Source: an uncultured virus (IMG/VR IMGVR_UViG_3300027976_000026) (taxonomy: Duplodnaviria; Heunggongvirae; Uroviricota; Caudoviricetes; Straboviridae). Taken from it: DNA of 64,000 nt. Below, one piece after another: positions 48,568 through 57,227 of the stretch (positions are counted from its first letter, which is position 1; the number at the start of each line of letters is the position of its first letter). Location of the stretch: the IMG/VR virus record IMGVR_UViG_3300027976_000026; one strand, written 5' to 3'. The notes beneath the pieces were generated by a model that worked only from the letters and a program-made list of their open reading frames with translations, searched no databases and had not been told where the DNA came from. Made by a program: the position numbers and the translations under genes.

Positions 48568-48948
48568 ATGAATTACATCATCGTTCAAGTAGATCAAGAT
48601 TATGGTCAAGTAGTAGGCGTCAGGTACATTGAAAGTTTTGAAGACAAAGAATCTGCGAATGCGTTTATTTTAGGAAAGAATGAACAGCGGATCGCAGAAT
48701 GGAAAAATAGATTAGAATACATTGAACAATGGGTCGATGCTATTGAACTTCCTGAGACAGATTATCATGGCTGGATTAAATATCTCGAACAATACCATCC
48801 ATTTGGTGTCATGTATGTGACTCCCGATGACTTCAAAGAAAATTTGAAGAGTTATTTAACAACACACTCGGTGAAATTGAATGAATATGAGCCGCCTCCA
48901 GTAGATTTAGAATGCAACGGTTTTCATATAGTGAAGATGAGTCGGTAG
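48568..48948 (+). CDS. hypothetical protein
   Basis: 126-aa ORF. Confidence 0.6.
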   Translation: MNYIIVQVDQDYGQVVGVRYIESFEDKESANAFILGKNEQRIAEWKNRLEYIEQWVDAIELPETDYHGWIKYLEQYHPFGVMYVTPDDFKENLKSYLTTHSVKLNEYEPPPVDLECNGFHIVKMSR

Positions 48949-49178
48949 GATTTCAAAGGCTTTTGCAGCCTTTGAAACTCGCTTGGCGTGCAACTTCTGA
49001 AACATTTCAATCCACAAAGGCTTTTGTCCCCGTATCCCGCAGCCTTTGAAACCGGCTGGCGTCGATAGACAAATGCCCGGATCTTGTATGAGTGATTCTC
49101 GTTATGTAATGATATTTGATAGTTAAATCGTAAATATCTAAAGGAAAGATATTCGATAAAACAAACATAGAGGCGAAG

Positions 49179-50027
49179 ATGAAATTCAGAAAATGGTTTG
49201 AAGTTGTGGAGTTAATGAAGCCGAAAGGTGCAAGAAAGAGCAACATTGTAAGGGATGCTGGCACGAATACAGCCAGAGGTGCGATTCAGTACAAATGGAA
49301 AACACAACTGGGAAGCGAAGTAAAGTTATTGTTTACTCCTGAAGGCAATGACGAATACACGGTTGTTTTTTATGTAAACAATACATTGTATGACGATGCT
49401 GCATCTAACACAGAAAATGGTAGAGACCCAGAGATTTTGTCTGGTATTTTTTACTTATTAAAGTCCAAGTCGGAAGTAATTGGAGCAAAGACTTTATCGT
49501 TTAGGGCACATCAATCTCCTGGCGACACTAAAATTGTGCGAAGTCTAAACATAGATTTGTATAAGCAACAAGCATTGACAGACATTTTCAATTTCTCAAA
49601 AGAATCGTCTACAGTTGTTCCTAATGTTGTACCTCCGAGCGAGAGATCGCTGTCGCTTATGAAAAAAATCAACAGGCCGATTCTAACAGTATACGATTTT
49701 GAAAAGGATCGTTGGTTGAATTTTGCAAAACAAGTAAAATCAGCAATTGAACAAAACGAATCGATTTACAATTATGTGAATCAGTTAAAAACTGGAGTAG
49801 GGGTTGGCGACTTCCGTACTTTGAATTTTGATATCAACAAATTGATTTATTCTTTAAGCAATTATCAAAACGCATTTATGTCAAATACAGAGCAGGGCTG
49901 GAGCAAAACCAAAAACAGACGTGCTGTGATATATGAAAAGCTGTTGAATCGTCATATGTCTAATGAATGGTCTATTAGTGTTCGTGGCGACAATTTTTTG
50001 TTGACTAAAAAACATGATGTGGTTTAA
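49179..50027 (+). CDS. candidate internal head protein
   Basis: GAGG RBS; MKFRKWFE leader. Confidence 0.65.
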   Translation: MKFRKWFEVVELMKPKGARKSNIVRDAGTNTARGAIQYKWKTQLGSEVKLLFTPEGNDEYTVVFYVNNTLYDDAASNTENGRDPEILSGIFYLLKSKSEVIGAKTLSFRAHQSPGDTKIVRSLNIDLYKQQALTDIFNFSKESSTVVPNVVPPSERSLSLMKKINRPILTVYDFEKDRWLNFAKQVKSAIEQNESIYNYVNQLKTGVGVGDFRTLNFDINKLIYSLSNYQNAFMSNTEQGWSKTKNRRAVIYEKLLNRHMSNEWSISVRGDNFLLTKKHDVV

Positions 50028-50079
50028 TTTCTATGAAAAGGAAAAATGATTAAATCAATTTATTTTTCCTATATAAAGC

Positions 50080-50607
50080 ATGAATTTCAAGTCTTTTTAT
50101 GAAAATTTATTTGATGACAATTTTGATGTAGAGTCTTTTCGAAAAGAAAGAGAAGCTAGAGGGTCTATTATCAATAAGCAACGTCATAAAGAAAATGATC
50201 AACTTATTTTGTATCATGGGTTTGATAAAGATCCACAGTCTTTTAACTATGAATTTGACCCATCTCATTCAGAGCAAGGGCTTTTGTGGTTTACCCATAA
50301 GATGATTTCATATTATGATCCATATGAGTATGCTTCAGGAAAAGGTAAATATGTTTTGACATATCCATTGCCAATACAAAAGATTTATGACACAATTACT
50401 TATCAAAATGGAAGTACAAAAAAAGAAGTTCCTGAAGAATTGCGAAGACAATATGACCCGACATCTAATAGCAGGATCAGAGAGTGGGGTAGCAGCATTA
50501 TTTCTTTGCCAGAGAATTGGTTTTTTACCTACAAAACAGAAAAATTTATAGGAACTAACAAAAAAATTACAGCACGTCCAGAAATGGTATCAGTGGTTGG
50601 TCACTGA
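50080..50607 (+). CDS. candidate internal head protein, possible ADP-ribosyltransferase fold
   Basis: MNFKSFYE leader; LYHG...GLLWFT...YA pattern. Confidence 0.45.
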   Translation: MNFKSFYENLFDDNFDVESFRKEREARGSIINKQRHKENDQLILYHGFDKDPQSFNYEFDPSHSEQGLLWFTHKMISYYDPYEYASGKGKYVLTYPLPIQKIYDTITYQNGSTKKEVPEELRRQYDPTSNSRIREWGSSIISLPENWFFTYKTEKFIGTNKKITARPEMVSVVGH

Positions 50608-51767
50608 GTAGTTACGTGAGTCGGTGAATTACTGACGCCAAACTGACTAATTGGAGTATATTGTATTCCAAATTGTTTCAGGTCATCTTGGTTATAATTA
50701 TTGAATATCATTCTCACTACACTTCTTTGTTTATTTCTAAGTATCAATTGTCCAGATTTAAGTGCTTGTTGAACTTTATCGGCATCTTGTTTTGAAACTG
50801 CGACGTATGAATTCGAGTAATATGGTTGTTGTCCATACATGAATGTGAAGTAATCATTATACAGATCTTTTCCGGGCAATTTTCTGAATCCAGAAACCTT
50901 TCCTTGAAGTTGATATTTTGTTCCCAGTGATCTTGATTTTGATTTTTGGAAATCGAATGTGGCTCCTAAAAATTTTGATAAATCTAAAATGTAACGATGA
51001 TATTTTGATTTAACTTCTGTGCCAGCGATTCCTTCATCGCCACTAATTCTTTTCTCATTAGGCGAATAGGTTACTACAACATGAGGTTTATTTTCAGAAT
51101 CAAAAAGAGCAATCATAGTTCTGTCTTGATCAAAGCTCATGACTCCTGCACTTCCGCAATTTTTCATTAATCCACCCAAGAGCGTACATCTTTTTCCAGC
51201 ATCAATCCAACGAAATCCATTATTATATGTTTTCAATGGTTTTTGATCTTGAAATATAGTTTTTTTATCATACTTTTGTTGTGCTTCAAAGAAGCTAAGA
51301 TCTTTATAAGGAGCTATATTTGTAATTTTATTTGACAAAAAATCATTTATGAGTGAGTAGTAGCTGAAGAATCCATCTGAAAACATTTTATCTTCGATTT
51401 GTTCTTCGAGTGCTTTTCTTTGTTCTTGAAGGTACGTATCATCATAAACATTTTCATTATCATCAATAGACAAATCTAGTTTTTCAAGAGTTTTCATGTA
51501 GTTTTCAGGAGAGTCTGTTGCTTGATGCAGTTCTATTAAATCGGGCAACGATGTGGTTCTAAAATTTTGATGCACCCAATTAAACCAATTATCTGTCGGA
51601 TCGTTTGTTCTATAATCTCTGTACCATCTTGCGAATAGATGGGCATATTTACCGAATTTTTTATAGAAGAGTTTGGCAACAATCATTGGATATCCAAGAT
51701 TTGCAATATCTTGTTTAGATTCAAGTATTGTATGTTCTGAATTTTCTATCCATTGTTTGAATCGCAT
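50601..51767 (-). CDS. candidate internal head protein
   Basis: MRFKQWIE leader; GFRWID..C..LGGLMKNCG. Confidence 0.65.
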   Translation of the reverse strand: MRFKQWIENSEHTILESKQDIANLGYPMIVAKLFYKKFGKYAHLFARWYRDYRTNDPTDNWFNWVHQNFRTTSLPDLIELHQATDSPENYMKTLEKLDLSIDDNENVYDDTYLQEQRKALEEQIEDKMFSDGFFSYYSLINDFLSNKITNIAPYKDLSFFEAQQKYDKKTIFQDQKPLKTYNNGFRWIDAGKRCTLLGGLMKNCGSAGVMSFDQDRTMIALFDSENKPHVVVTYSPNEKRISGDEGIAGTEVKSKYHRYILDLSKFLGATFDFQKSKSRSLGTKYQLQGKVSGFRKLPGKDLYNDYFTFMYGQQPYYSNSYVAVSKQDADKVQQALKSGQLILRNKQRSVVRMIFNNYNQDDLKQFGIQYTPISQFGVSNSPTHVTTQ

Positions 51768-51834
51768 AGATTATATACAAACAATGGATAGAAAATTCAG
51801 AATCACCAAGAGTACATTTGATACATGCGGTGAT

Positions 51835-52263
51835 TTAGTCAGCCTTGTTGATATTTTTGTTTTTTCTCAATCGTTCCAAGAATGAACTTTTACTTTTTCT
51901 TGTATAGATTTTGATTTCGTAAGTAGAATCGTTGTTTTGTTTAACATCAACTACTTCGCCTCCGATATCGGATATAATTTTTGGGATGGATTGAAATGGA
52001 TTTGTTTCTTTATCCATATCAACAACGAATATAAGTTGTTGTTTTGACATGAAACTATATGTTGCGACAGTTAAAACGCTCATGATAACACAAATCAACA
52101 TTACGAGCCATTTGTGCGACTTTTTTTCTATGACAATTTGTCCTATGTCAACAACGCATGACTCTCCTGTATCTCCATTTTCTTGGAGATTTTTTACATA
52201 TTGAGGCAGATTTTCAAGAGACATTGGTTTTTGTTGCATTTTTAACCTTTCAATTAGTGACAT
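51835..52263 (-). CDS. hypothetical membrane protein
   Basis: One central TM segment; start uncertain. Confidence 0.55.
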   Translation of the reverse strand: MSLIERLKMQQKPMSLENLPQYVKNLQENGDTGESCVVDIGQIVIEKKSHKWLVMLICVIMSVLTVATYSFMSKQQLIFVVDMDKETNPFQSIPKIISDIGGEVVDVKQNNDSTYEIKIYTRKSKSSFLERLRKNKNINKAD

Positions 52264-52311
52264 TCTATTTATGCGGCTTGAACATTTATAATTTTTGAGT
52301 AAAATCAAGTT

Positions 52312-52740
52312 ATGAAAAACTTAAAAATATCATTAGTATGTGTTGCCATTGTGGCTTCTTTCTTTGCTGGCATTTCAATTCGTTCGAATTTTTTGGAAGA
52401 TCCTTCAATTCAAATATCTCATGTTCATGACGGCGATACAATTATTGTGAACATTACAAACTGGCACCCAATCGTTGGAAAAAAGATGTCAATCAGGATC
52501 AGAGGGATCGATACTCCAGAATTAAATGACGCTTCTAAGAAAATTTTAGCAAAAGAAGCCAAGGAATTTACTACAAAAATGATTTCTTATTCACATGTTG
52601 AATTCAAAAATTTCACAAGAGACAAATATTTCAGACTAGATGCAGATGTTTATGTAAACGGCAAAAATTTAGGAGATTTATTAGTTGAACATAATCTTGC
52701 AAAACGATATGATGGCGGCAAAAAGCCCACATGGAAGTAG
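52312..52740 (+). CDS. thermonuclease (SNase) family nuclease with signal/TM helix
   Basis: HDGDTI, IRIRGIDTPE, DKYFRLDA. Confidence 0.9.
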   Translation: MKNLKISLVCVAIVASFFAGISIRSNFLEDPSIQISHVHDGDTIIVNITNWHPIVGKKMSIRIRGIDTPELNDASKKILAKEAKEFTTKMISYSHVEFKNFTRDKYFRLDADVYVNGKNLGDLLVEHNLAKRYDGGKKPTWK

Positions 52741-52746
52741 GAATTT

Positions 52747-53382
52747 ATGAATATTTATGCTTTATCTGACATGCACGGAAGATTACCGGATGTCCATGAG
52801 TGCGACATTTGCATTATTGCTGGGGATGTTTGCCCGATTGAGAACCATAAGCTTTCTTATCAAGCTAATTGGCTCGACACAACATTTCGTAATTGGTTGG
52901 AAAGAATTCCAGCCAAGCACATTATTGGCATAGCTGGCAATCACGATATCATTTTTGAAGAAGCTCCGGAGCGTATTCCTAAAAATCTCCCTTGGACATA
53001 TTTACATGATAAAATGATAGAAATTGAAGGGATAAAGATTTACGGAACTCCTTACCAGAAGTTCTTTGGTGGATGGCCTTTCATGAAACATGAACACGAG
53101 TTGGAGATTTTGTGGAAAGACATGCCAGTTTGTGACATTGTAGTCTGTCATGGCCCTCCTTATGGTGCTGGAGACGTAGTTAGTTTTGAGGGACCACAAG
53201 GATCAAAGATTTTGGCACGAAAGCTATTAGAGCTTAACATTCCATGGTGTATAACTGGACACATTCATGAAAACTATGGAATTCATGAACTTGGCAATAC
53301 AAAAGTAGCTAACGTAGCAGTTTGCGATGAAAGATATATTTTGTGTCAAGCTCCTCTTAAAATTGAAATAAACTCTATATAA
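52747..53382 (+). CDS. calcineurin-like metallophosphoesterase
   Basis: SDMHG, AGD, AGNHD, CHGPP, GHIHE. Confidence 0.92.
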   Translation: MNIYALSDMHGRLPDVHECDICIIAGDVCPIENHKLSYQANWLDTTFRNWLERIPAKHIIGIAGNHDIIFEEAPERIPKNLPWTYLHDKMIEIEGIKIYGTPYQKFFGGWPFMKHEHELEILWKDMPVCDIVVCHGPPYGAGDVVSFEGPQGSKILARKLLELNIPWCITGHIHENYGIHELGNTKVANVAVCDERYILCQAPLKIEINSI

Positions 53383-53385
53383 TGT

Positions 53386-53820
53386 ATGAAAACATTTAAT
53401 GAATGGCTGCAAGATCAAGACCCAGAACTTTATGAAGGATTGTTTGACAATATCAAACAATATGGCAAACATGCTGCAATAGCTGGATCTTTATTAGGTG
53501 CTGGAATGATTGGAAATCAATTATCTGCCGCTCCACAAGCTTCTGTTTCAAGAGGAGTTCAGGCTGATAAAATAAGTGCCCCATCTGTACGTGGACAATT
53601 GCCTAAAGGCAAATACACGAGAGAGATGGGAGGTAATTATGTAAATAATAGAACTGGAGTGGAATTTGATAAGCATCAAAACCCAGCAGGCGGCACTTAT
53701 TCTAATGATGGAAATTCTTGGACTTCCCCAAATGCCAATACTTTCTTTAAGGCAGGCGGCACTTATTCTAAGGATGGAAATTCTTGGACTTCCCCAAATG
53801 CCAATACTTTCTTTAAGTAA
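53386..53820 (+). CDS. candidate internal head protein with a hydrophobic segment
   Basis: MKTFNEWLQ..ELYE leader; AAIAGSLLGAG segment. Confidence 0.65.
   Translation: MKTFNEWLQDQDPELYEGLFDNIKQYGKHAAIAGSLLGAGMIGNQLSAAPQASVSRGVQADKISAPSVRGQLPKGKYTREMGGNYVNNRTGVEFDKHQNPAGGTYSNDGNSWTSPNANTFFKAGGTYSKDGNSWTSPNANTFFK
53686..53817 (+). repeat. 66-bp tandem duplication (1 mismatch)
   Basis: Encodes AGGTYS(N/K)DGNSWTSPNANTFFK twice. Confidence 0.95.
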
Positions 53821-53825
53821 TCATC

Positions 53826-54026
53826 TCAAAATCCCTCTTTTTTCCAATCAGTCTTAGTTGATTGATCGTTTTTAGAATTACGCACATTTTCCAAATATTT
53901 TTCCAAAAAGGCACTCAATCTTGGTTGGTCCCATGTTATGGATTGAGAATTAGAGAGCATTAGTTTTGGATAAATGTGTTTGATAAGCGAAATTGAAATT
54001 CGTTTAAATTGAGCTGTTGTAGACAT
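53826..54026 (-). CDS. mini-protein whose N-terminus resembles the major capsid protein
   Basis: GGAG RBS; AQFKRISISLIKHIYPKL versus capsid AQFKRISIPLVRRIYPQL. Confidence 0.7.
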   Translation of the reverse strand: MSTTAQFKRISISLIKHIYPKLMLSNSQSITWDQPRLSAFLEKYLENVRNSKNDQSTKTDWKKEGF

Positions 54027-54038
54027 AGTTCTCCAATA

Positions 54039-54065
54039 AAAAACTGCCTCCTAAGAGGCAGTTTT
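54039..54065. terminator. hairpin terminator
   Basis: AAAACTGCCTC-CTAA-GAGGCAGTTTT. Confidence 0.75.
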
Positions 54066-54069
54066 GTGT

Positions 54070-54237
54070 TTATCTAACTTTTTGCTTAAGTTCTGTAAGT
54101 TCATTCTTAAGTCTTTGATTTTCGCTTTCCAAGGCACCAATACCTTTGATGACTCGATTCATGAAAATCTTATCGCCATCATATGTGTTTGTTGCGATTC
54201 TTCTTAGTTCTTGTAGATCAGCGGTTGATACAGCCAT
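54070..54237 (-). CDS. 55-aa coiled-coil mini-protein (not in the ORF track)
   Basis: GGAGG RBS; MAVSTADLQELRRIATNTYDGDKIFMNRVIKGIGALESENQRLKNELTELKQKVR*. Confidence 0.65.
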   Translation of the reverse strand: MAVSTADLQELRRIATNTYDGDKIFMNRVIKGIGALESENQRLKNELTELKQKVR

Positions 54238-54279
54238 TTTGGGCCTCCCTTAATTGTTACCTATAATATAGTAGTGTGG

Positions 54280-54945
54280 TTAATACAAACTTTTGACATA
54301 TCTTTTCCAAGCTTCGTACTGCCAAAAGACATAATCTTCATGATTACCTCCATACCATCCACAGGCAAAAGGAGCGTGAGACTCAACTAAAGCGATTCTG
54401 CCATCTTGTAATCGTCCAAAATCGGCAGCGGCATTGAAATTTTCAGGCCAGTGGATGTTTAATTCTGGAGCAGGTTCTTCCTCGTCGCAACCATCGTACC
54501 AGCCTGTAGTAACTAATACGCCGCCAGCAATGTAATATCGCCATTCTTGAACGAATTCAACAGGTTTAGAATAGTAGTAAAAGTCATAAGGAATTGGTTC
54601 ATTCCATTCAACGACTCTTGATTGAAAATCAGATTTCCATTCATTTGCTTTTTTTAGGAACAACCGATGTCTTTTGATCGGAGAATCTGGTTGATATCCT
54701 TCTACTGCGCCGAATGTTGAATATCCGATTTCTCTGTGTCTGAAGTCTTTAAGAAATTCTGGATAGAAATCGATTGGACCTTCTATTTCGGGTAATACCG
54801 TTTCACAAAATTCAACAGTGCCAATTGGTATACAATCTTGATCACAGGTTTTTCCTGTTGTAAACTCATAGCCTAATTTGTGTGCGGCTGAAAATACAGC
54901 TATTTTTTCTCTTGTTGAATCTCCTGATTGCAAACAGAATCGCAT
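54280..54945 (-). CDS. ATP-grasp protein (DUF4343/R2K-like)
   Basis: PIGTVEF, FYPEFL..FRHR, LFLK, EWRYYI, ADFG, LVE. Confidence 0.7.
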   Translation of the reverse strand: MRFCLQSGDSTREKIAVFSAAHKLGYEFTTGKTCDQDCIPIGTVEFCETVLPEIEGPIDFYPEFLKDFRHREIGYSTFGAVEGYQPDSPIKRHRLFLKKANEWKSDFQSRVVEWNEPIPYDFYYYSKPVEFVQEWRYYIAGGVLVTTGWYDGCDEEEPAPELNIHWPENFNAAADFGRLQDGRIALVESHAPFACGWYGGNHEDYVFWQYEAWKRYVKSLY

Positions 54946-55079
54946 ATGTTCTCTTTTTTATAAGGGCAGTGTCGGCAATTATTTTTGCAACAATATTTAC
55001 GACGTAATAAAAACTGAGATGTAAAGACCCACCGACCGTCTTCAATATAGTAATCTCCCGATTCCATTTTAGAAGCCAT
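54900..55079 (-). CDS. small Cys-rich protein (DUF5522-like)
   Basis: DYYIEDGRWVFT..FLLRRKYCCKNNCRHCPY. Confidence 0.7.
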   Translation of the reverse strand: MASKMESGDYYIEDGRWVFTSQFLLRRKYCCKNNCRHCPYKKENICDSVCNQEIQQEKK

Positions 55080-55335
55080 CTTCACTCCAGTTAAGATCCA
55101 AATTGTTGGCTTTTTTCTCTTTGGTTGTTCTCTCTTTGTAAAGATCTTTGTAATTATCTTGTGGATACTCATACATTCTTTGTAATGGCGGAGGAACTTG
55201 CACGAGCTTTGGTTCTTCAGGATAAGTCAAATACGGTTGTCCAAAAGACACTGATACATGACATGGAACATTTTCTGCAATTCCAATTGGAACATGTAAA
55301 TTCAGATTGAAACTAAATGTAGCATAATCGCTCAT
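55069..55335 (-). CDS. hypothetical protein
   Basis: 88-aa ORF in a minus-strand run. Confidence 0.5.
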   Translation of the reverse strand: MSDYATFSFNLNLHVPIGIAENVPCHVSVSFGQPYLTYPEEPKLVQVPPPLQRMYEYPQDNYKDLYKERTTKEKKANNLDLNWSEDGF

Positions 55336-55582
55336 TGCAATGACTTCCTTCTTGCTGCGTCTAAAACTTTTTCCATAAATTCCAATAGATCAGTTTTAGA
55401 ACTCGTGTAAATAAGTATTACTCAGGCTTTTAATTTTCCAACACAATCTTTCCCAAATAAATCTTTGTTAATAAGTTTGGCACATTCTTGTTTTAATCGA
55501 TGAATTTCTGTCATTTATGTGCATGGTGATCAAGAATACAAAAAAATCGTTTTTAGGTCAATGCAAGAATACATACAGTATT

Positions 55583-56236
55583 ATGGAACAGCAAAAGGAA
55601 ATTTTCAAACCCGGTCCACTTTACGAAAAACGATTTGAAATTGTGAACACAATTAAGCAAGACATGAGATCTGGTGATATTCTATATCGTTACAGTGATG
55701 CAAAAGGTCCTCTAGGATTGCCTTTCACTAGAATTGTTTCCAACATTACCAAGAGCGAATATTCACATGCAGCAACTTTGTTTGTGGAAAATGGCGAACC
55801 ACACGTACTTGAAATCAATGATCAGGGCACGCTTAGATATAGATTGTTAGATTGGATCGACACTTGTTATGGAAAGAATTTTTCTGTTTATCGTCTTCAG
55901 GACTTAGATGAACAAAAAGAAGCAATGTTGTTGGAGAAGATATATAAGATTCTCAACGAAGACCCGGATTACGATTTTACTTTTTCTGATGACAACAAAT
56001 ACTATTGCACAGAATCTGTAGCTGTAATTTACAAAGAGGCACTCGGAGTGGATCTTCCATCATATTTCATCAAAGAAGTAGTATCAACTAGGCTTTACTA
56101 TGTGTTGCGAATTGGCATATTTATGTTCAGCTTTTTTGGAACATCTTTACCGTTTAACAAGAAGATGTATTTTGTTGGAAACGAACAACAAGGAATGATA
56201 TCCTCTCAACTCACAAGACAGGTAATCAAGATATGA
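55583..56236 (+). CDS. permuted papain-like NlpC/P60 (YiiX/YebB-like) amidase
   Basis: SGDIL, YSHAA (His first), YDFTF..YYCTE (Cys second). Confidence 0.8.
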   Translation: MEQQKEIFKPGPLYEKRFEIVNTIKQDMRSGDILYRYSDAKGPLGLPFTRIVSNITKSEYSHAATLFVENGEPHVLEINDQGTLRYRLLDWIDTCYGKNFSVYRLQDLDEQKEAMLLEKIYKILNEDPDYDFTFSDDNKYYCTESVAVIYKEALGVDLPSYFIKEVVSTRLYYVLRIGIFMFSFFGTSLPFNKKMYFVGNEQQGMISSQLTRQVIKI

Positions 56237-56829
56237 ATTTTAAACAATGGTTTGAATCTGAAGATTGGAATGCCAAGTATCAGAATATAGAGCCAAAACT
56301 ACTTAACAGTCCAATAATTCAAAAAGAGTTAAATGATCTAGGCATGGTTCGTTTTAGCACAGTCCATAGTGTTTTAGGGCTGCCAGAGGGTGATGCTAAT
56401 TTCTTTGTTCGTGAATTCAACAAACGACATCAAAACCAACAACAACAATTAGCACACAATCAACAACAAGACGCTGCATGGATGAAAGAAAGACAAGATG
56501 AATTTTATTATCATGTTCTTCCTTCCAACAGATTAAAATCTGTCATAAAAAATGGATTGCTACCGAACCAACAAGCTGTTTTCACAAATTACACCAATCA
56601 CAGCAAAGGAAGAATTTTTCTTTGCGAAAAAGAAGGCATTAACTTTTGGAAAGGTCAAATCGAACAACATCTTTTCCACAATGGGCAAAAGGAAAAATTG
56701 GCAGTTATAAGAATCAGAAAAGATCTTGTTAAAGTTGAACCAGATCCAGTTGGAACACAAGATTCTAAAACGCCATCATACTATGCAGCAACTCCAGTCC
56801 CTCCACAAAACATTGAAGTCGTAAAGTGA
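56233..56829 (+). CDS. candidate internal head protein with ADP-ribosyltransferase-like domain
   Basis: MNFKQWFE leader; YYHV....LKSVIKNGLLP...RIFL...VIRI...VPPQNI resembles Tpt1/KptA-type NAD-binding domains. Confidence 0.55.
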   Translation: MNFKQWFESEDWNAKYQNIEPKLLNSPIIQKELNDLGMVRFSTVHSVLGLPEGDANFFVREFNKRHQNQQQQLAHNQQQDAAWMKERQDEFYYHVLPSNRLKSVIKNGLLPNQQAVFTNYTNHSKGRIFLCEKEGINFWKGQIEQHLFHNGQKEKLAVIRIRKDLVKVEPDPVGTQDSKTPSYYAATPVPPQNIEVVK

Positions 56830-56850
56830 ACTACCCACGACCCTAAAGGG
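56825..56850 (+). mobile_element. possible IS200/IS605-family end remnant
   Basis: AGTGAACTACCCACGACCCTAAAGGG resembles TnpB/IscB element end hairpins, but the right arm is incomplete. Confidence 0.35.
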
Positions 56851-56957
56851 TTTCTAACATTTGCCTTAAAATATATGTAAATCTAGGCAAATGTCAAGTA
56901 AAACGGTGTGGTCCGGATTGTATCGAAAAACAGTACAGTCAACACACTATATAAGTT

Positions 56958-57227
56958 ATGGCAGCAATAACAAACTTATCAGATTTAATCAATCGCACAA
57001 CTGGTGGCAATAACGGTGCAACAGCAGGTGAGTTTGGGATTACTGTTGGACGACCGTTAATTGTAATTCCTTTGTCTCTTTCTGGCTGTGGTAGCGTTAG
57101 AGATTTAATTGCTGGATTGCCGGGAATTATAGAGATAGTAGACAATTCTTGTATTAGCTTTATCTGGTTGAGCAACGCAGGCACTGCCCCACAAATATAT
57201 GGCTCTTTTCACACGGTGGAGAAATAA
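56958..57227 (+). CDS. short structural-type protein, possibly internally deleted
   Basis: TAATG-coupled to the propeller gene; G/T/A-rich. Confidence 0.5.
   Translation: MAAITNLSDLINRTTGGNNGATAGEFGITVGRPLIVIPLSLSGCGSVRDLIAGLPGIIEIVDNSCISFIWLSNAGTAPQIYGSFHTVEK

Noticed and set aside
54070..54150. ENQRLKNE matching capsid ENQRLMNE, suggesting a second capsid fragment
   Set aside because: Short, common coiled-coil pattern; a terminator separates it from the capsid-like mini-ORF.
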